64,000 bases of DNA from an uncultured Nitrospiraceae bacterium. Its GTDB lineage: Bacteria > Nitrospirota > Thermodesulfovibrionia > Thermodesulfovibrionales > SM23-35. The stretch covers positions 128,001-192,000 of the forward strand of contig CAVSHB010000002.1 in NCBI GenBank assembly GCA_963727775.1, in the 5' to 3' direction. A model generated the notes under the pieces. It saw nothing but the letters and a program-made list of their open reading frames with translations. It did not search any database and was not told where the DNA came from. The position numbers and the translations under genes are program-made. This document shows positions 10,938 to 21,000 of the stretch, piece by piece. Position 1 is the first letter of the stretch. Each line of letters opens with the position of its first letter.

Positions 10938-12941
10938 ATGGAAAAAGAAACTTGTACGTTTTCATATTGCAAGAAACCCGAAGTAACTGAAGTTGACTGT
11001 GATCTCCTGATCATGGGCGGCGGTATGGCCGGCTGCGGTGCAGCTTTTGAGGCGTGCCGCTGGGCAAACGCGAAAGGAATGAAAGTAGTATTGGTCGATA
11101 AGGCTGCAACTGACAGAAGCGGCGCTGTCGCAATGGGTCTCTCCGCTATCAACACATACGTCGGCGAAAATAAAGTCGCTGATTATGTCAAATATGTCAG
11201 AAACGACCTTATGGGCATCATCAGGGAAGACCTTGTATTCGACCTCGGAAGGCATGTGGATAATTCAGTCCAGTGTTTTGAAGAGTGGGGACTCCCCATC
11301 TGGAAAAAAGGCGATGACGGATTCTCAATGGACGGCCACCAGGCTATTGCAGCCGGGAAAAAATCCCTGAAGGAAGGCGGCACACCGGTAAGAACCGGTA
11401 AATGGCAGATCATGATCAACGGCGAGTCATACAAGGTCGTCGTTGCAGAGGCTGCAAAAAAGGCCCTTGAGACCAACAGGGCTGCAACCGGTATGGCACA
11501 GAACCATTTTGAAAGGGTATTTATCGTTAAGGCTGTAATGGATACAAACGGCAAGAACGTTGCCGCAGCCATCGGATTCAGCACAAGAGAAAACAAGATC
11601 TACTCATTTAAAGCAAAGGCAATGCTCTGTGCAACTGCCGGAGCGGTCAATTGTTTCAGACCGAGGTCGGTCGGTGAAGGTATGGGCAGGACTTGGTACC
11701 CGGTGTTTTGCGCCGGTTCAGGTTATGCATTCGGCATGCAGGCCGGTGCAGAGTTGACCCTTATGGAGAACAGGTTCGTCCCTGCAAGGTTTAAGGACGG
11801 TTATGGACCGGTCGGCGCATGGTTCCTCTTCTTCAAGGCAAAAGCTACTGACAGCTATGGTGAAGACTATTGCACCAATAAAGAGTACTTTGACGATGCA
11901 GTCGCAAGATATGGCGACTATGCAAAGAATTTGGGTACAGCCATCAGGAACCATCTCATGATGAGGGCCATGAGGGACGGTAAGGGCCCGATCCTTATGC
12001 AGACCCCTGCAGCGCTGGAAACAATCTCCAAGAACATGAAAGAGAAGCTCGGTGAAAAAGAAGGCGCCAAGCAGGTCAAGCACCTTGAAGCAGAGGCCTG
12101 GGAAGACTTCCTTGATATGGCTATCGGACAGGCATCTCTCTGGGCGGCAAGTAATATTGAGCCGGACAAGGTTGCTTCCGAGATCATGCCGACAGAGCCT
12201 TATCTCCTCGGTTCACATGCGGGCTGCGCAGGGTTCTGGGTAAGCGGTCCTGGCGATCTTCCAGGCACACCCGAACATTATTCCTGGGGATATAACAGAA
12301 TGACAACCGTACCCGGTCTCTTCATGGCTGGCGACGTTGTCGGCGCCTCAGGCCACAAATTTTCATCCGGTTCTCACGCAGAAGGCAGAATGGCAGCCAA
12401 GGCAGCATTGGCATACATCCTCGATCACGCTGATTACAAGCCGTCACCCAAATTATCTCTTGACGAGATTGCAGCTGAACTCTATCTTCCGTTCGAGATC
12501 TATGAGAAATACAAAGTCTACACAACCGATCCCGTGATTAACCCTAATTACATTGGTCCAAAAGCACTCCAGGCGAGGCTGATGAAAATCGCTGATGAAT
12601 ATTTTGGTGGTTGCTCTACCTGGTATATGACCTCAAAGACCATGCTTGAGGAAGGGCTCAGAAAACTTGACATGCTCAAAGAGGACTGCAACAAAATGGC
12701 AGCAGCCAACCTCCATGAGCTCTTAAGGTGTTTTGAGAACTACCACAGAATTCTTTCGGTCGAGGCACATGCACGGCATATCCTCTTCAGGGAAGAGTCC
12801 AGATATCCTGGATACTACTACAGGGGTGACTTCAATAAGATTGATGACGCCAACTGGAAATGCTTCACAAACTCCGTGTACCATGCTGATACCAACACTT
12901 GGGACTTTAAGAAAGTACCATATGTTCAGATGTACCCGTAG
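10938..12941 (+). CDS. aprA: Adenylylsulfate reductase alpha subunit
   Basis: RSGAVAMGLSAINTY, GKWQIMINGESYK, ENRFVPARFKDGYGPVGAW, GHKFSSGSHAEGR. Confidence 0.98.
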   Translation: MEKETCTFSYCKKPEVTEVDCDLLIMGGGMAGCGAAFEACRWANAKGMKVVLVDKAATDRSGAVAMGLSAINTYVGENKVADYVKYVRNDLMGIIREDLVFDLGRHVDNSVQCFEEWGLPIWKKGDDGFSMDGHQAIAAGKKSLKEGGTPVRTGKWQIMINGESYKVVVAEAAKKALETNRAATGMAQNHFERVFIVKAVMDTNGKNVAAAIGFSTRENKIYSFKAKAMLCATAGAVNCFRPRSVGEGMGRTWYPVFCAGSGYAFGMQAGAELTLMENRFVPARFKDGYGPVGAWFLFFKAKATDSYGEDYCTNKEYFDDAVARYGDYAKNLGTAIRNHLMMRAMRDGKGPILMQTPAALETISKNMKEKLGEKEGAKQVKHLEAEAWEDFLDMAIGQASLWAASNIEPDKVASEIMPTEPYLLGSHAGCAGFWVSGPGDLPGTPEHYSWGYNRMTTVPGLFMAGDVVGASGHKFSSGSHAEGRMAAKAALAYILDHADYKPSPKLSLDEIAAELYLPFEIYEKYKVYTTDPVINPNYIGPKALQARLMKIADEYFGGCSTWYMTSKTMLEEGLRKLDMLKEDCNKMAAANLHELLRCFENYHRILSVEAHARHILFREESRYPGYYYRGDFNKIDDANWKCFTNSVYHADTNTWDFKKVPYVQMYP

Positions 12942-12950
12942 TTGATATCG

Positions 12951-12982
12951 AATGGGGAGGGCAAAGCCCTCCCCATTTTTTT
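12951..12982 (+). terminator. Intrinsic terminator after aprA
   Basis: AATGGGGAGGGC-AAA-GCCCTCCCCATT followed by a T-run. Confidence 0.9.
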
Positions 12983-13014
12983 AGAGTCTCAGATAAGCTT
13001 TTTGCCGGTGGTTA

Positions 13015-13023
13015 TGCTATAAT
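13015..13023 (+). promoter_or_regulatory. Extended -10 promoter for qmoABC
   Basis: TGCTATAAT between the aprA terminator and qmoA. Confidence 0.6.
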
Positions 13024-13118
13024 ACACCCCGTTTTCAATTAGTTAGTAGGTTAGAAAGAGATGGTTATACAAGGTATGGTCGCCTCTTTGTGACTTACTG
13101 CCTTGAAGGAGGGTTAAT

Positions 13119-14378
13119 ATGGCAGAAAATAAAAAGGTTCTTGTAGTCGGAGGCGGTATGAGCGGGCTCACCGCTGCGATTGAAACGGCGGAAGCAGGGC
13201 TTGAGTCTTATATCGTAGAGAAAAGTCCGTATCTTGGTGGAAGGGTTGCACAGATCAATAAGTATTTCTGGAAACTCTGTCCTCCCACCTGTGGTCTTGA
13301 GATGCAGTTCAAAAGGATTAAGAATAATCCTCGCATCAAATTCTTTACACTCGCAGAGGTCCAGGAAATCAAGGGTGAGGAAGGTAACTTTGAGGTGACC
13401 GTGAAGGTGCACCCGAGATATGTGAATGACAAGTGTGTCGGCTGCGATGCGTGTGCTCAGGCCTGCCCGTCTCAGCGGGACAACGATTTTAATTTCGGCA
13501 TGAACAAGACAAAGGCTGCGTACCTGCCGTTCGAACAGGCTTTCCCATTTCAGTATGTGATTGACGGATCGTCCTGCTCGAAGGACTGTATGAAACCGTG
13601 TCTTGAGGCTTGTAAATATGACGCAATCGACCTCGATATGAAGCCTGAAACGATCAACCTGAAAGTTGGCGCAATTGTCCTGGCCGCCGGATGGAAACCC
13701 TATGATACGGGGAAATTGGATATTCTCGGTGCAGGTAAGATTCAGAATGTTATTACCAATATGATGATGGAGAGGTTGGCAGCGGGCGATGGGCCGACAG
13801 ACGGCAAAATCGTGCGCCCCTCGGACGGAAAGGAAGTCAAGAACATTGCTTTCGTCCAATGCGCCGGGTCGAGAGACGAAAACCATCTCCCCTACTGTTC
13901 CTATATTTGTTGCCTGGCCACGCTGAAACACGCAATGTATATGAAGGAGCAATATCCGGACTCGAAGATACAGATCTTCTACATTGATATCAGGACCCCG
14001 GGCCTTTATGAAAACAGGTTTTACTGGAAGATAAAGGATGATCCCAGTGTCGTTTTTACAAAAGGAAAGGTCGCGGGGATCACGGAAGAAGCGGGCACAA
14101 AGGACGTGATTGTCGAGGTTGAAGATATTTATGCGGGAAAGAAGATTAAGGCAAAGTTCGACATGGTTGTTCTCGCAACCGGCATGGAAGTCTCGACCAA
14201 GGGATCAAATGTCGGGATTGATATCCCGTATACGCCGGATGGCCTTATTGACGATGGGGCCTTGAAAAAGGGGATTTATGCAGTGGGAACGCTTAAGAGC
14301 CCTGCTGATGTAGCAAGATCAGTCCAGGATGCGACTGGTGTGGCTATCAAGTGCATCCAGAGCGTGAATAGGAGGTAG
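13119..14378 (+). CDS. qmoA: QmoA (HdrA-like flavoprotein)
   Basis: VGGGMSG FAD motif, KLCPPTCG, QCAGSRD, YCSYICC; follows aprA. Confidence 0.93.
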   Translation: MAENKKVLVVGGGMSGLTAAIETAEAGLESYIVEKSPYLGGRVAQINKYFWKLCPPTCGLEMQFKRIKNNPRIKFFTLAEVQEIKGEEGNFEVTVKVHPRYVNDKCVGCDACAQACPSQRDNDFNFGMNKTKAAYLPFEQAFPFQYVIDGSSCSKDCMKPCLEACKYDAIDLDMKPETINLKVGAIVLAAGWKPYDTGKLDILGAGKIQNVITNMMMERLAAGDGPTDGKIVRPSDGKEVKNIAFVQCAGSRDENHLPYCSYICCLATLKHAMYMKEQYPDSKIQIFYIDIRTPGLYENRFYWKIKDDPSVVFTKGKVAGITEEAGTKDVIVEVEDIYAGKKIKAKFDMVVLATGMEVSTKGSNVGIDIPYTPDGLIDDGALKKGIYAVGTLKSPADVARSVQDATGVAIKCIQSVNRR

Positions 14379-14380
14379 GG

Positions 14381-16609
14381 ATGGAGAAAAAATACGGAGT
14401 ATACATTTGTAAAGGATGTGGAATCGGGGAATCCATTGACATAGAGAAGCTCGCCAAGGCAGCAAAGAAAGGGCCGTTTAAAGAAGAGAACATCAAAGTC
14501 CATGACGTGCTTTGCAGTCCGGAGGGACTACAGTTGATAAAGGGTGATACCAAGAAAGATGGGATCAACACTATTATTATTGCGGCCTGTTCCCCCAGGG
14601 TCAAGTATGAAGAGTTTGATTTTCCCGGCTGCATAGTCGAGCGGGTGAACATAAGAGAATTCGTGGCGTGGACGCAGCCTCCCAAGACTGACGACACCCA
14701 AAGTCTCGCAGAAGATTATATGATCATGGGCGCTGTGAAGGTGCAGAAAAGCGATCTGCCCGAACCGAAAATCCTTGAAAATCTCAGTAAGACAATCCTG
14801 GTGGTCGGCGGCGGTATCACCGGCATGACGGCGGCGCTTGAATCTGCCAAGGCCGGTTATCAGGTCGTCCTGGTTGAGAAAGAGGCCCAGCTTGGAGGGT
14901 TTGCAAATAAATTGTATAAAAAGGTCCCCACAAGGGATTTTACAAATCCTGTGATTGTAGATACAGAGATCAATAAGGTTATCGCCGAGGTCGAGAGCAA
15001 TCCGAATATTAAGGTCTATAAATCGGCAAAGCTTGAAAGGACAGAAGGCCAGCCGGGTTTGTATGACGTGACCATAACTTCAAGCACCGGGTCTGAGACT
15101 GTAAAGGCCGGGGCCGTCGTGCTTGCGACGGGCTGGGTCCCCTACGATGCAACCAAGCTGGATTATCTCGGATACGGCAAGTTCAAGAATGTGGTGACGA
15201 ACCTGGAATTTGAGGATATCGCGAGGAAAGGCGTTATTGTCCGTCCGTCGGACGGCAAAGAGGCAAAAAAAGTCGCCTTTATTCAGTGTGCCGGACAGAG
15301 GGATCCGAACCATCTTCCCTATTGTTCTTCCATGTGCTGCGTCACTTCTCTGAAGCAGGCGCGCTATGTAAGACAGAGCCAGGACGCCTTGGCGATGATC
15401 CTATATAAGGATATCAGAACGCCGGGACGGCTCGAGGCCTTTTACCGCGAAGCGCAGAACGATCCCGGCATTATGCTCACCAAAGGCGATGTGACCGGGG
15501 TTGCCGATGCAGGGAACGGAAATATGTTTGTTGAAATGGAAAAATCCCTTCTTGGGGACAAGATAAAGGTAGAAGCAGACCTCGTGGTACTTGCTGCGGG
15601 AATGGTTCCTACCACGAGGGCACCGCAGGAATACCTCGACGGACTTACGGTGGCTGCCTCGCAAGGCGATGATGCAAAGAAGGCATATTTAGAAACAACC
15701 CCGAAGCCGGAGTTCATTTTGAACCTCGCCTACAGGCAGGGCCCTGAGCTTCCGAGCCTTGAGGGCGCGGCCGGTTTCGCCGATTCAAATTTCATCTGTT
15801 TCCAGTATGAGACGAGAAGAACCGGCATCTATGCCGCAGGCCCGGTAAGACAGCCGATGAACATGACCGAGGCCCAGGAAGACGCCGCCGGCGCCGCCTT
15901 TAAGGCGATACAGTGCATCGATCATGTTGCCCAAGGTATGGCGGTCCACCCGAGGACATGGGACATCACTTTCCCTGACCCTCAGCTTATCAGATGCACG
16001 GCCTGCAAGAGGTGTACGGAGGAATGTCCCTTCGGTGCGATTGAAGAAGACGCGAAAGGTATACCTACATATATGCCTAACAGGTGCAGAAGGTGTGGAA
16101 CCTGTATGGGAGCGTGCCCTGAAAGAATCGTATCGTTCAAGGACTACAGCATAGATCTGATAGGCTCAATGATCAAATCGATAGATGTGCCGGAGGAAGA
16201 GTTCAGAATTATCTCACTTGTATGTGAAAACGATGCGTATCCGGCATTGGATACAATGGCACTTCAACACAAGTCCATTGACCCGAGTGTTCGCTTTGTG
16301 CCGTTAAGATGCCTCGGCGGAATGCACCTTGTATGGATTGCAGACGCTTTTTCAAAGGGGATTGATGGATTCCTCCTTATCGGATGTAAATTCGGTGAGA
16401 ACTATCAGTGCCATTTTGTGAAGGGAAGTGAGCTTGCAAGCGTCCGGTTCAGCAAGGTTGGTGAGACCCTGAACAAATTACAGCTTGAGGCGGAGCGGGT
16501 CAAGCTCCTGCAAGTTGCTATTGATGAATATCATAAGCTTCCGGACATGATCAATGAATTTGCCGCGAGGGTGAAGGAAATAGGCCATAATCCGTTCAAG
16601 GAATTCTAA
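14381..16609 (+). CDS. qmoB: QmoB (HdrA-like plus ferredoxin plus MvhD-like domain)
   Basis: YICKGC, AACSPR, FAD motif, CTACKRCTEECP, C-terminal CENDAYPA and GCKFGENYQCH. Confidence 0.93.
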   Translation: MEKKYGVYICKGCGIGESIDIEKLAKAAKKGPFKEENIKVHDVLCSPEGLQLIKGDTKKDGINTIIIAACSPRVKYEEFDFPGCIVERVNIREFVAWTQPPKTDDTQSLAEDYMIMGAVKVQKSDLPEPKILENLSKTILVVGGGITGMTAALESAKAGYQVVLVEKEAQLGGFANKLYKKVPTRDFTNPVIVDTEINKVIAEVESNPNIKVYKSAKLERTEGQPGLYDVTITSSTGSETVKAGAVVLATGWVPYDATKLDYLGYGKFKNVVTNLEFEDIARKGVIVRPSDGKEAKKVAFIQCAGQRDPNHLPYCSSMCCVTSLKQARYVRQSQDALAMILYKDIRTPGRLEAFYREAQNDPGIMLTKGDVTGVADAGNGNMFVEMEKSLLGDKIKVEADLVVLAAGMVPTTRAPQEYLDGLTVAASQGDDAKKAYLETTPKPEFILNLAYRQGPELPSLEGAAGFADSNFICFQYETRRTGIYAAGPVRQPMNMTEAQEDAAGAAFKAIQCIDHVAQGMAVHPRTWDITFPDPQLIRCTACKRCTEECPFGAIEEDAKGIPTYMPNRCRRCGTCMGACPERIVSFKDYSIDLIGSMIKSIDVPEEEFRIISLVCENDAYPALDTMALQHKSIDPSVRFVPLRCLGGMHLVWIADAFSKGIDGFLLIGCKFGENYQCHFVKGSELASVRFSKVGETLNKLQLEAERVKLLQVAIDEYHKLPDMINEFAARVKEIGHNPFKEF

Positions 16610-16652
16610 AAATTAGGATTGTCGACGACCTATCAGTATAGGGAGGATATAT

Positions 16653-17897
16653 ATGGAACAAGAGAAAATCGAGGCAGCAAAGGCGGGAGCAACAACAACT
16701 CCGGCACCTGAACCAAAGAAGGATGATGCCGTTATCGCATTGCCCGATCTGAATTTTGTCCAAGCGGTAATCAACGGCGGAGGAGAATCCTTAAAGAAGT
16801 GCTACCAGTGTGCGACATGCTCTGTGGTATGCAACCTGACACCGGCTGATAAACCTTTCCCGAGAAAAGAGATGATACACGCGCAATGGGGATTGAAGGA
16901 CAAGCTTTTCGGCAATCCTGATATTTGGCTGTGCCACCAGTGCAGCGACTGTACCGCGTATTGTCCGAGAGGCGCAAAACCCGGGGAGGTCCTGAATGTG
17001 GTGAGAAAATTGTCCATAGAAAACTATTCAGTTCCCAGTTTCCTGGGAAAGGCTGTCGGAAACCCGGGCGCACTGACACTCCTTCTCGCAATCCCTGCAG
17101 TTATCTTTCTCGCTATCCTTGCGGGCTTAGGCCATCTGAATCTGGAGAGCATCAGGAATGAAGCGGGAAAGATCGCGTACTCCTCTTTATTAAAGTCGTA
17201 CTACATCGACGGTGTGTTTGTCCCGATATTCATGTTTGCCGTAGCTTCCCTTAGTATCGGTGTTTACAAATACTGGAAAGACATGATACGAACAACAGGT
17301 ATTACGCCGAAAGGCAATATTGCGACCGCGATCACTGAAACCATCGGTGAAATACTCGCGCACAAGCGGTTCGAACAGTGCAATGTGACCAAAGACAGAA
17401 AGCTGGCCCATATGCTCGTATTTTTCAGCTTTATCGGACTCGCCATTACAACCGCATGGGCAGTCGTTTATTTATACGGATTTGAGATAATGGAAGCTAT
17501 GGGTAAAACACCCTACTCCTGGATGCTCGGACCGTCACCATATCCATTGACCGATCCTGTCAAGTGGCTTGGAAATGCCAGTGCTTTAGCGCTTTTGGCA
17601 GGCATAGTTATGGTCATCAATAACAGGAAGAAAAACGAGGAAAAAGCGGGGAAAGGCGGTTATTATGACTGGCTTTTCATCTATATCGTGTTTGCAATAA
17701 TGGCTACCGGCATTCTTTCCGAGTTAGTTAGGTTAGCTGATATTGCAGTTCTGGCTTACATAATATATTTCATTCACCTTGTTGTTGTATTTTTCCTTTT
17801 CGCATATGCCCCATTCTCAAAAATGGCTCATATGCTCTATAGGGCAACGGCAATGGTTTTTGCAAAAGCTACTGAAAGAGATGTCGAGGTTAAATAG
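16653..17897 (+). CDS. qmoC: QmoC (HdrC-like Fe-S domain plus heme-b membrane domain)
   Basis: CYQCATCSVVC and CHQCSDCTAYCP, then TM helices with conserved His (LAHML, FIHL, SKMAH). Confidence 0.93.
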   Translation: MEQEKIEAAKAGATTTPAPEPKKDDAVIALPDLNFVQAVINGGGESLKKCYQCATCSVVCNLTPADKPFPRKEMIHAQWGLKDKLFGNPDIWLCHQCSDCTAYCPRGAKPGEVLNVVRKLSIENYSVPSFLGKAVGNPGALTLLLAIPAVIFLAILAGLGHLNLESIRNEAGKIAYSSLLKSYYIDGVFVPIFMFAVASLSIGVYKYWKDMIRTTGITPKGNIATAITETIGEILAHKRFEQCNVTKDRKLAHMLVFFSFIGLAITTAWAVVYLYGFEIMEAMGKTPYSWMLGPSPYPLTDPVKWLGNASALALLAGIVMVINNRKKNEEKAGKGGYYDWLFIYIVFAIMATGILSELVRLADIAVLAYIIYFIHLVVVFFLFAYAPFSKMAHMLYRATAMVFAKATERDVEVK

Positions 17898-18006
17898 TAT
17901 AATGTTGCAAGAAAATTTAAAAGGAGAAGGGAGGTGGAAGGTAAAAAACAAATTGCCTTATTTTCACTTTTCACTTAACTAAGAAAGCTTAAAAAGGAGG
18001 GATAGT

Positions 18007-20091
18007 ATGGGAAATTTGAGTAATACGATACTTTTTGCCTTAGGTTGCGGAGCGTTAGGCGTTCTATACGCTGTCATAACCGCAATGTGGGTATCAAAGC
18101 AGGACGCGGGAACTGCTAAGATGCAGGAGATTTCGAATGCGGTCAAAGAGGGTGCATATGCGTTTCTTGCCCGTGAATACAAAACTGTTGCAATCGTAGC
18201 TGTTGTCCTGGTTATTTTGATTGCTGCTATGGGATTAGGCATATGGACGTCTATCGGTTTCATCATCGGAACCTGTGGTTCTGCACTCGCAGGTTTTGTG
18301 GGCATGTGGGTTACAGTCAGGGCAAATGTCCGTACAACGCAGGCAGCACACCATGGCCTTCAGGCTGCGCTCAGCCTTGCATTCAAGGGCGGCTCTGTGA
18401 CCGGCGTTATGGTCGTTGGTCTCGGAATTATAGGACTTGCGGGTTTTTATTTTATAGCAAAGTCGGCAGCCCCTGAGATGGCATTCCATGCACTGGTAGG
18501 ACTCGGATTCGGATGTTCACTCATGAGCGTGTTTGCTCGTATCGCAGGCGGTATTTACACAAAGGCTGCTGACGTAGGCGCTGACCTTGTTGGAAAAGTT
18601 GAAGCAGGTATTCCTGAAGATGATCCCAGAAATCCTGCAGTTATTGCTGATAACGTTGGTGATAACGTAGGCGACTGCGCAGGCATGGCAGCCGACCTTT
18701 ATGAGACATATACGGTTACGCTCGTTGCAGCAATGCTCCTTGCAAAGACGGTCTTTGGCGCTGACAGCGCATGGGTGGAATTCCCGATGCTCCTCGGCGG
18801 AATATCAATCATCGCTTCCATCATAGGAACATTTGCAGTCAAGCTCGGTAAAAGCCAGTATATCATGGGCGCCCTTTATAAGGGGCTTGCTGTTGCAGGT
18901 GTTCTTGCGGCAATAACATTTTATATTGTGACCGGCGAGTTTCTGAAAGGCGCATCAGCACAGGCTTCGCTGATCGCTCACCCCTCATTTACGCAGATGA
19001 GCGTTTTCCTCATGGCGGTTATCGGCCTTGCATTGACCGGACTGATCGTGGTTATTACTGAGTACTTCACTGCTTCGCAGTATCCCCCGGTGAAACACAT
19101 TGCAAAGGCCAGCCTTACCGGCCACGGCACAAACGTGATCGCAGGCCTCGCCGTCAGCATGAAGTCAACCGCCGCGCCTGTTATTGTTATCGTAGCCTCA
19201 ATACTTGGCGCCTATACATTAGGCGGCGGATTTGCCGGTGATGCAGCGGGTGGTCTTTTTGCTATTGCCCTGTCAGCGGTTTCGATGCTTTCGATGACTG
19301 GTATCGTTGTTGCTATTGACTCGTATGGGCCTATTACGGACAATGCAGGCGGTATTGCAGAGATGTCAGGACTGCCTGAAGAGATCCGTAACATTACAGA
19401 CCCATTGGATGCAGTCGGAAACACAACAAAGGCTGTTACAAAGGGTTATGCTATAGGCTCTGCAGGTCTTGCCGCTTTAGTCCTTTTTGCAGAATATTCG
19501 AGGTCTTTCAATGTGCCGATTCTTTTTGACCTTTCAAACCCGATGGTTCTGGCCGGCCTTTTCATCGGCGGTCTGCTCCCTTATTATTACGGATCACTCC
19601 TTATGGAGGCTGTTGGAAAGGCGGCAGGCAGTATTGTTGAGGAAGTCAGAAGACAGTTCAGGGAGATCCCCGGCATTATGGAATACAAGGCAAAGCCGGA
19701 ATACGGCAAGTGCGTTGATATTGTCACAAAAGGCGCCATAAAACAGATGATGGTACCTGCGCTTATCCCTGTTGTTGTCCCAATTGTTGTAGGTTTGGCA
19801 CTTGGCAGGGAAGCACTCGGTGGAGTCCTCATCGGGAGTATCCTTACCGGACTCTTCCAGGCGATCGCCATGACAAGCGGCGGCGGTGCATGGGACAATG
19901 CCAAGAAATCCTTTGAAGAGGGTGTTACCGACGACAAAGGTGTCGTTCACAAGAAGGGGAGCGATGGACATAAAGCTTCCGTAACAGGCGATACAGTCGG
20001 CGACCCGTATAAAGACACAGCAGGCCCGGCAATTAATCCGATGATTAAGGTCATCAATATCGTTGCACTGCTGATCGTCCCGCTTATATAA
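18007..20091 (+). CDS. hppA: Membrane-bound ion-translocating pyrophosphatase, K+-independent H+-pumping signature
   Basis: [26 protein letters not shown] (Lys at the diagnostic position), [10 protein letters not shown]. Confidence 0.95.
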   Translation: MGNLSNTILFALGCGALGVLYAVITAMWVSKQDAGTAKMQEISNAVKEGAYAFLAREYKTVAIVAVVLVILIAAMGLGIWTSIGFIIGTCGSALAGFVGMWVTVRANVRTTQAAHHGLQAALSLAFKGGSVTGVMVVGLGIIGLAGFYFIAKSAAPEMAFHALVGLGFGCSLMSVFARIAGGIYTKAADVGADLVGKVEAGIPEDDPRNPAVIADNVGDNVGDCAGMAADLYETYTVTLVAAMLLAKTVFGADSAWVEFPMLLGGISIIASIIGTFAVKLGKSQYIMGALYKGLAVAGVLAAITFYIVTGEFLKGASAQASLIAHPSFTQMSVFLMAVIGLALTGLIVVITEYFTASQYPPVKHIAKASLTGHGTNVIAGLAVSMKSTAAPVIVIVASILGAYTLGGGFAGDAAGGLFAIALSAVSMLSMTGIVVAIDSYGPITDNAGGIAEMSGLPEEIRNITDPLDAVGNTTKAVTKGYAIGSAGLAALVLFAEYSRSFNVPILFDLSNPMVLAGLFIGGLLPYYYGSLLMEAVGKAAGSIVEEVRRQFREIPGIMEYKAKPEYGKCVDIVTKGAIKQMMVPALIPVVVPIVVGLALGREALGGVLIGSILTGLFQAIAMTSGGGAWDNAKKSFEEGVTDDKGVVHKKGSDGHKASVTGDTVGDPYKDTAGPAINPMIKVINIVALLIVPLI

Positions 20092-20104
20092 TTTTTAAAA
20101 AGTT

Positions 20105-20138
20105 AAAAGGCCGGCAGAGATTTCTGCCGGCCTTTTTT
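20105..20138 (+). terminator. Intrinsic terminator after hppA
   Basis: AAAAGGCCGGCAGA/TCTGCCGGCCTTTT stem plus T-run. Confidence 0.9.
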
Positions 20139-20204
20139 ATTATAATGAGAGATAATAATTAGGCAGACAAGAATTTAAAATCAGACGGAAAGGACCGAAT
20201 AAAG

Positions 20205-20990
20205 ATGCCATTACCAAGCATGAAAGATGTAGAACCAACCAAGTATAAACTGGATTCGAAATTTAAATTCAGGTGCCATAAGGGAGTGAAATGTTTTACG
20301 AAATGCTGTAAAGATATTAATATCATGCTTACTCCATATGATATCATCAGGATTAAAAAAAGACTCGGGATTTCATCTGAAGAATTCCTCGATAAATATA
20401 CTTACATGGAATTTGATGAGAAGTCTTCACATCCTCACGTAAGGCTGAAGATGCTGAATGATAATGAAAAAAAATGTCCGTTCGTCACCCCCCAAGGCTG
20501 TACGGTTTATACGGACCGGCCGGCAAACTGCCGCTATTATCCTGTCGGGCAGGGTGTCGTGAGAAAAGATTCGAATGAAGGGCCGATTAATGAAGAGTTC
20601 TATTTTTTTATCAGAGAACCTCATTGCCTCGGTTATCAGGAAGACACGGAATGGACAATACAATCTTGGAAAGATGACCAAGAGGTTAACCTCTATGATG
20701 ATATGAACAGAGAGTGGAAAGAGATCCAGTTGAGGCGGCATCCTTTCGGCAAGAACCTTGATTCCAATAAACAGGCTCAGATTTACACAGCCAGTTACGA
20801 CATGGACCGATTCAGGAAATTTGTATTCGAGAGCAAGTTCCTTGATATTTTCGATATTGATGGAGAAGAAGTCGAAAAGATGAAGGCTGATGAGATTGCA
20901 TTAATGAAATTCGGGTTCAGGTATATAAAATATCTCTTGATGCTCGATGAGACTTTGAAGGTGAAGAAAGAATATATAAAAAAGAAATAA
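20205..20990 (+). CDS. YkgJ-family cysteine-cluster protein (CxxCxxCC-type)
   Basis: FRCHKGVKCFTKCC, CPFV..GCTVYTDRPANCRYYP. Confidence 0.85.
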   Translation: MPLPSMKDVEPTKYKLDSKFKFRCHKGVKCFTKCCKDINIMLTPYDIIRIKKRLGISSEEFLDKYTYMEFDEKSSHPHVRLKMLNDNEKKCPFVTPQGCTVYTDRPANCRYYPVGQGVVRKDSNEGPINEEFYFFIREPHCLGYQEDTEWTIQSWKDDQEVNLYDDMNREWKEIQLRRHPFGKNLDSNKQAQIYTASYDMDRFRKFVFESKFLDIFDIDGEEVEKMKADEIALMKFGFRYIKYLLMLDETLKVKKEYIKKK

Positions 20991-21000
20991 CGGAGGTCCT

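Noticed and set aside
13119..16609. Selenocysteine recoding in the HdrA-like QmoA/QmoB
   Set aside because: Both ORFs are full length with no in-frame TGA.
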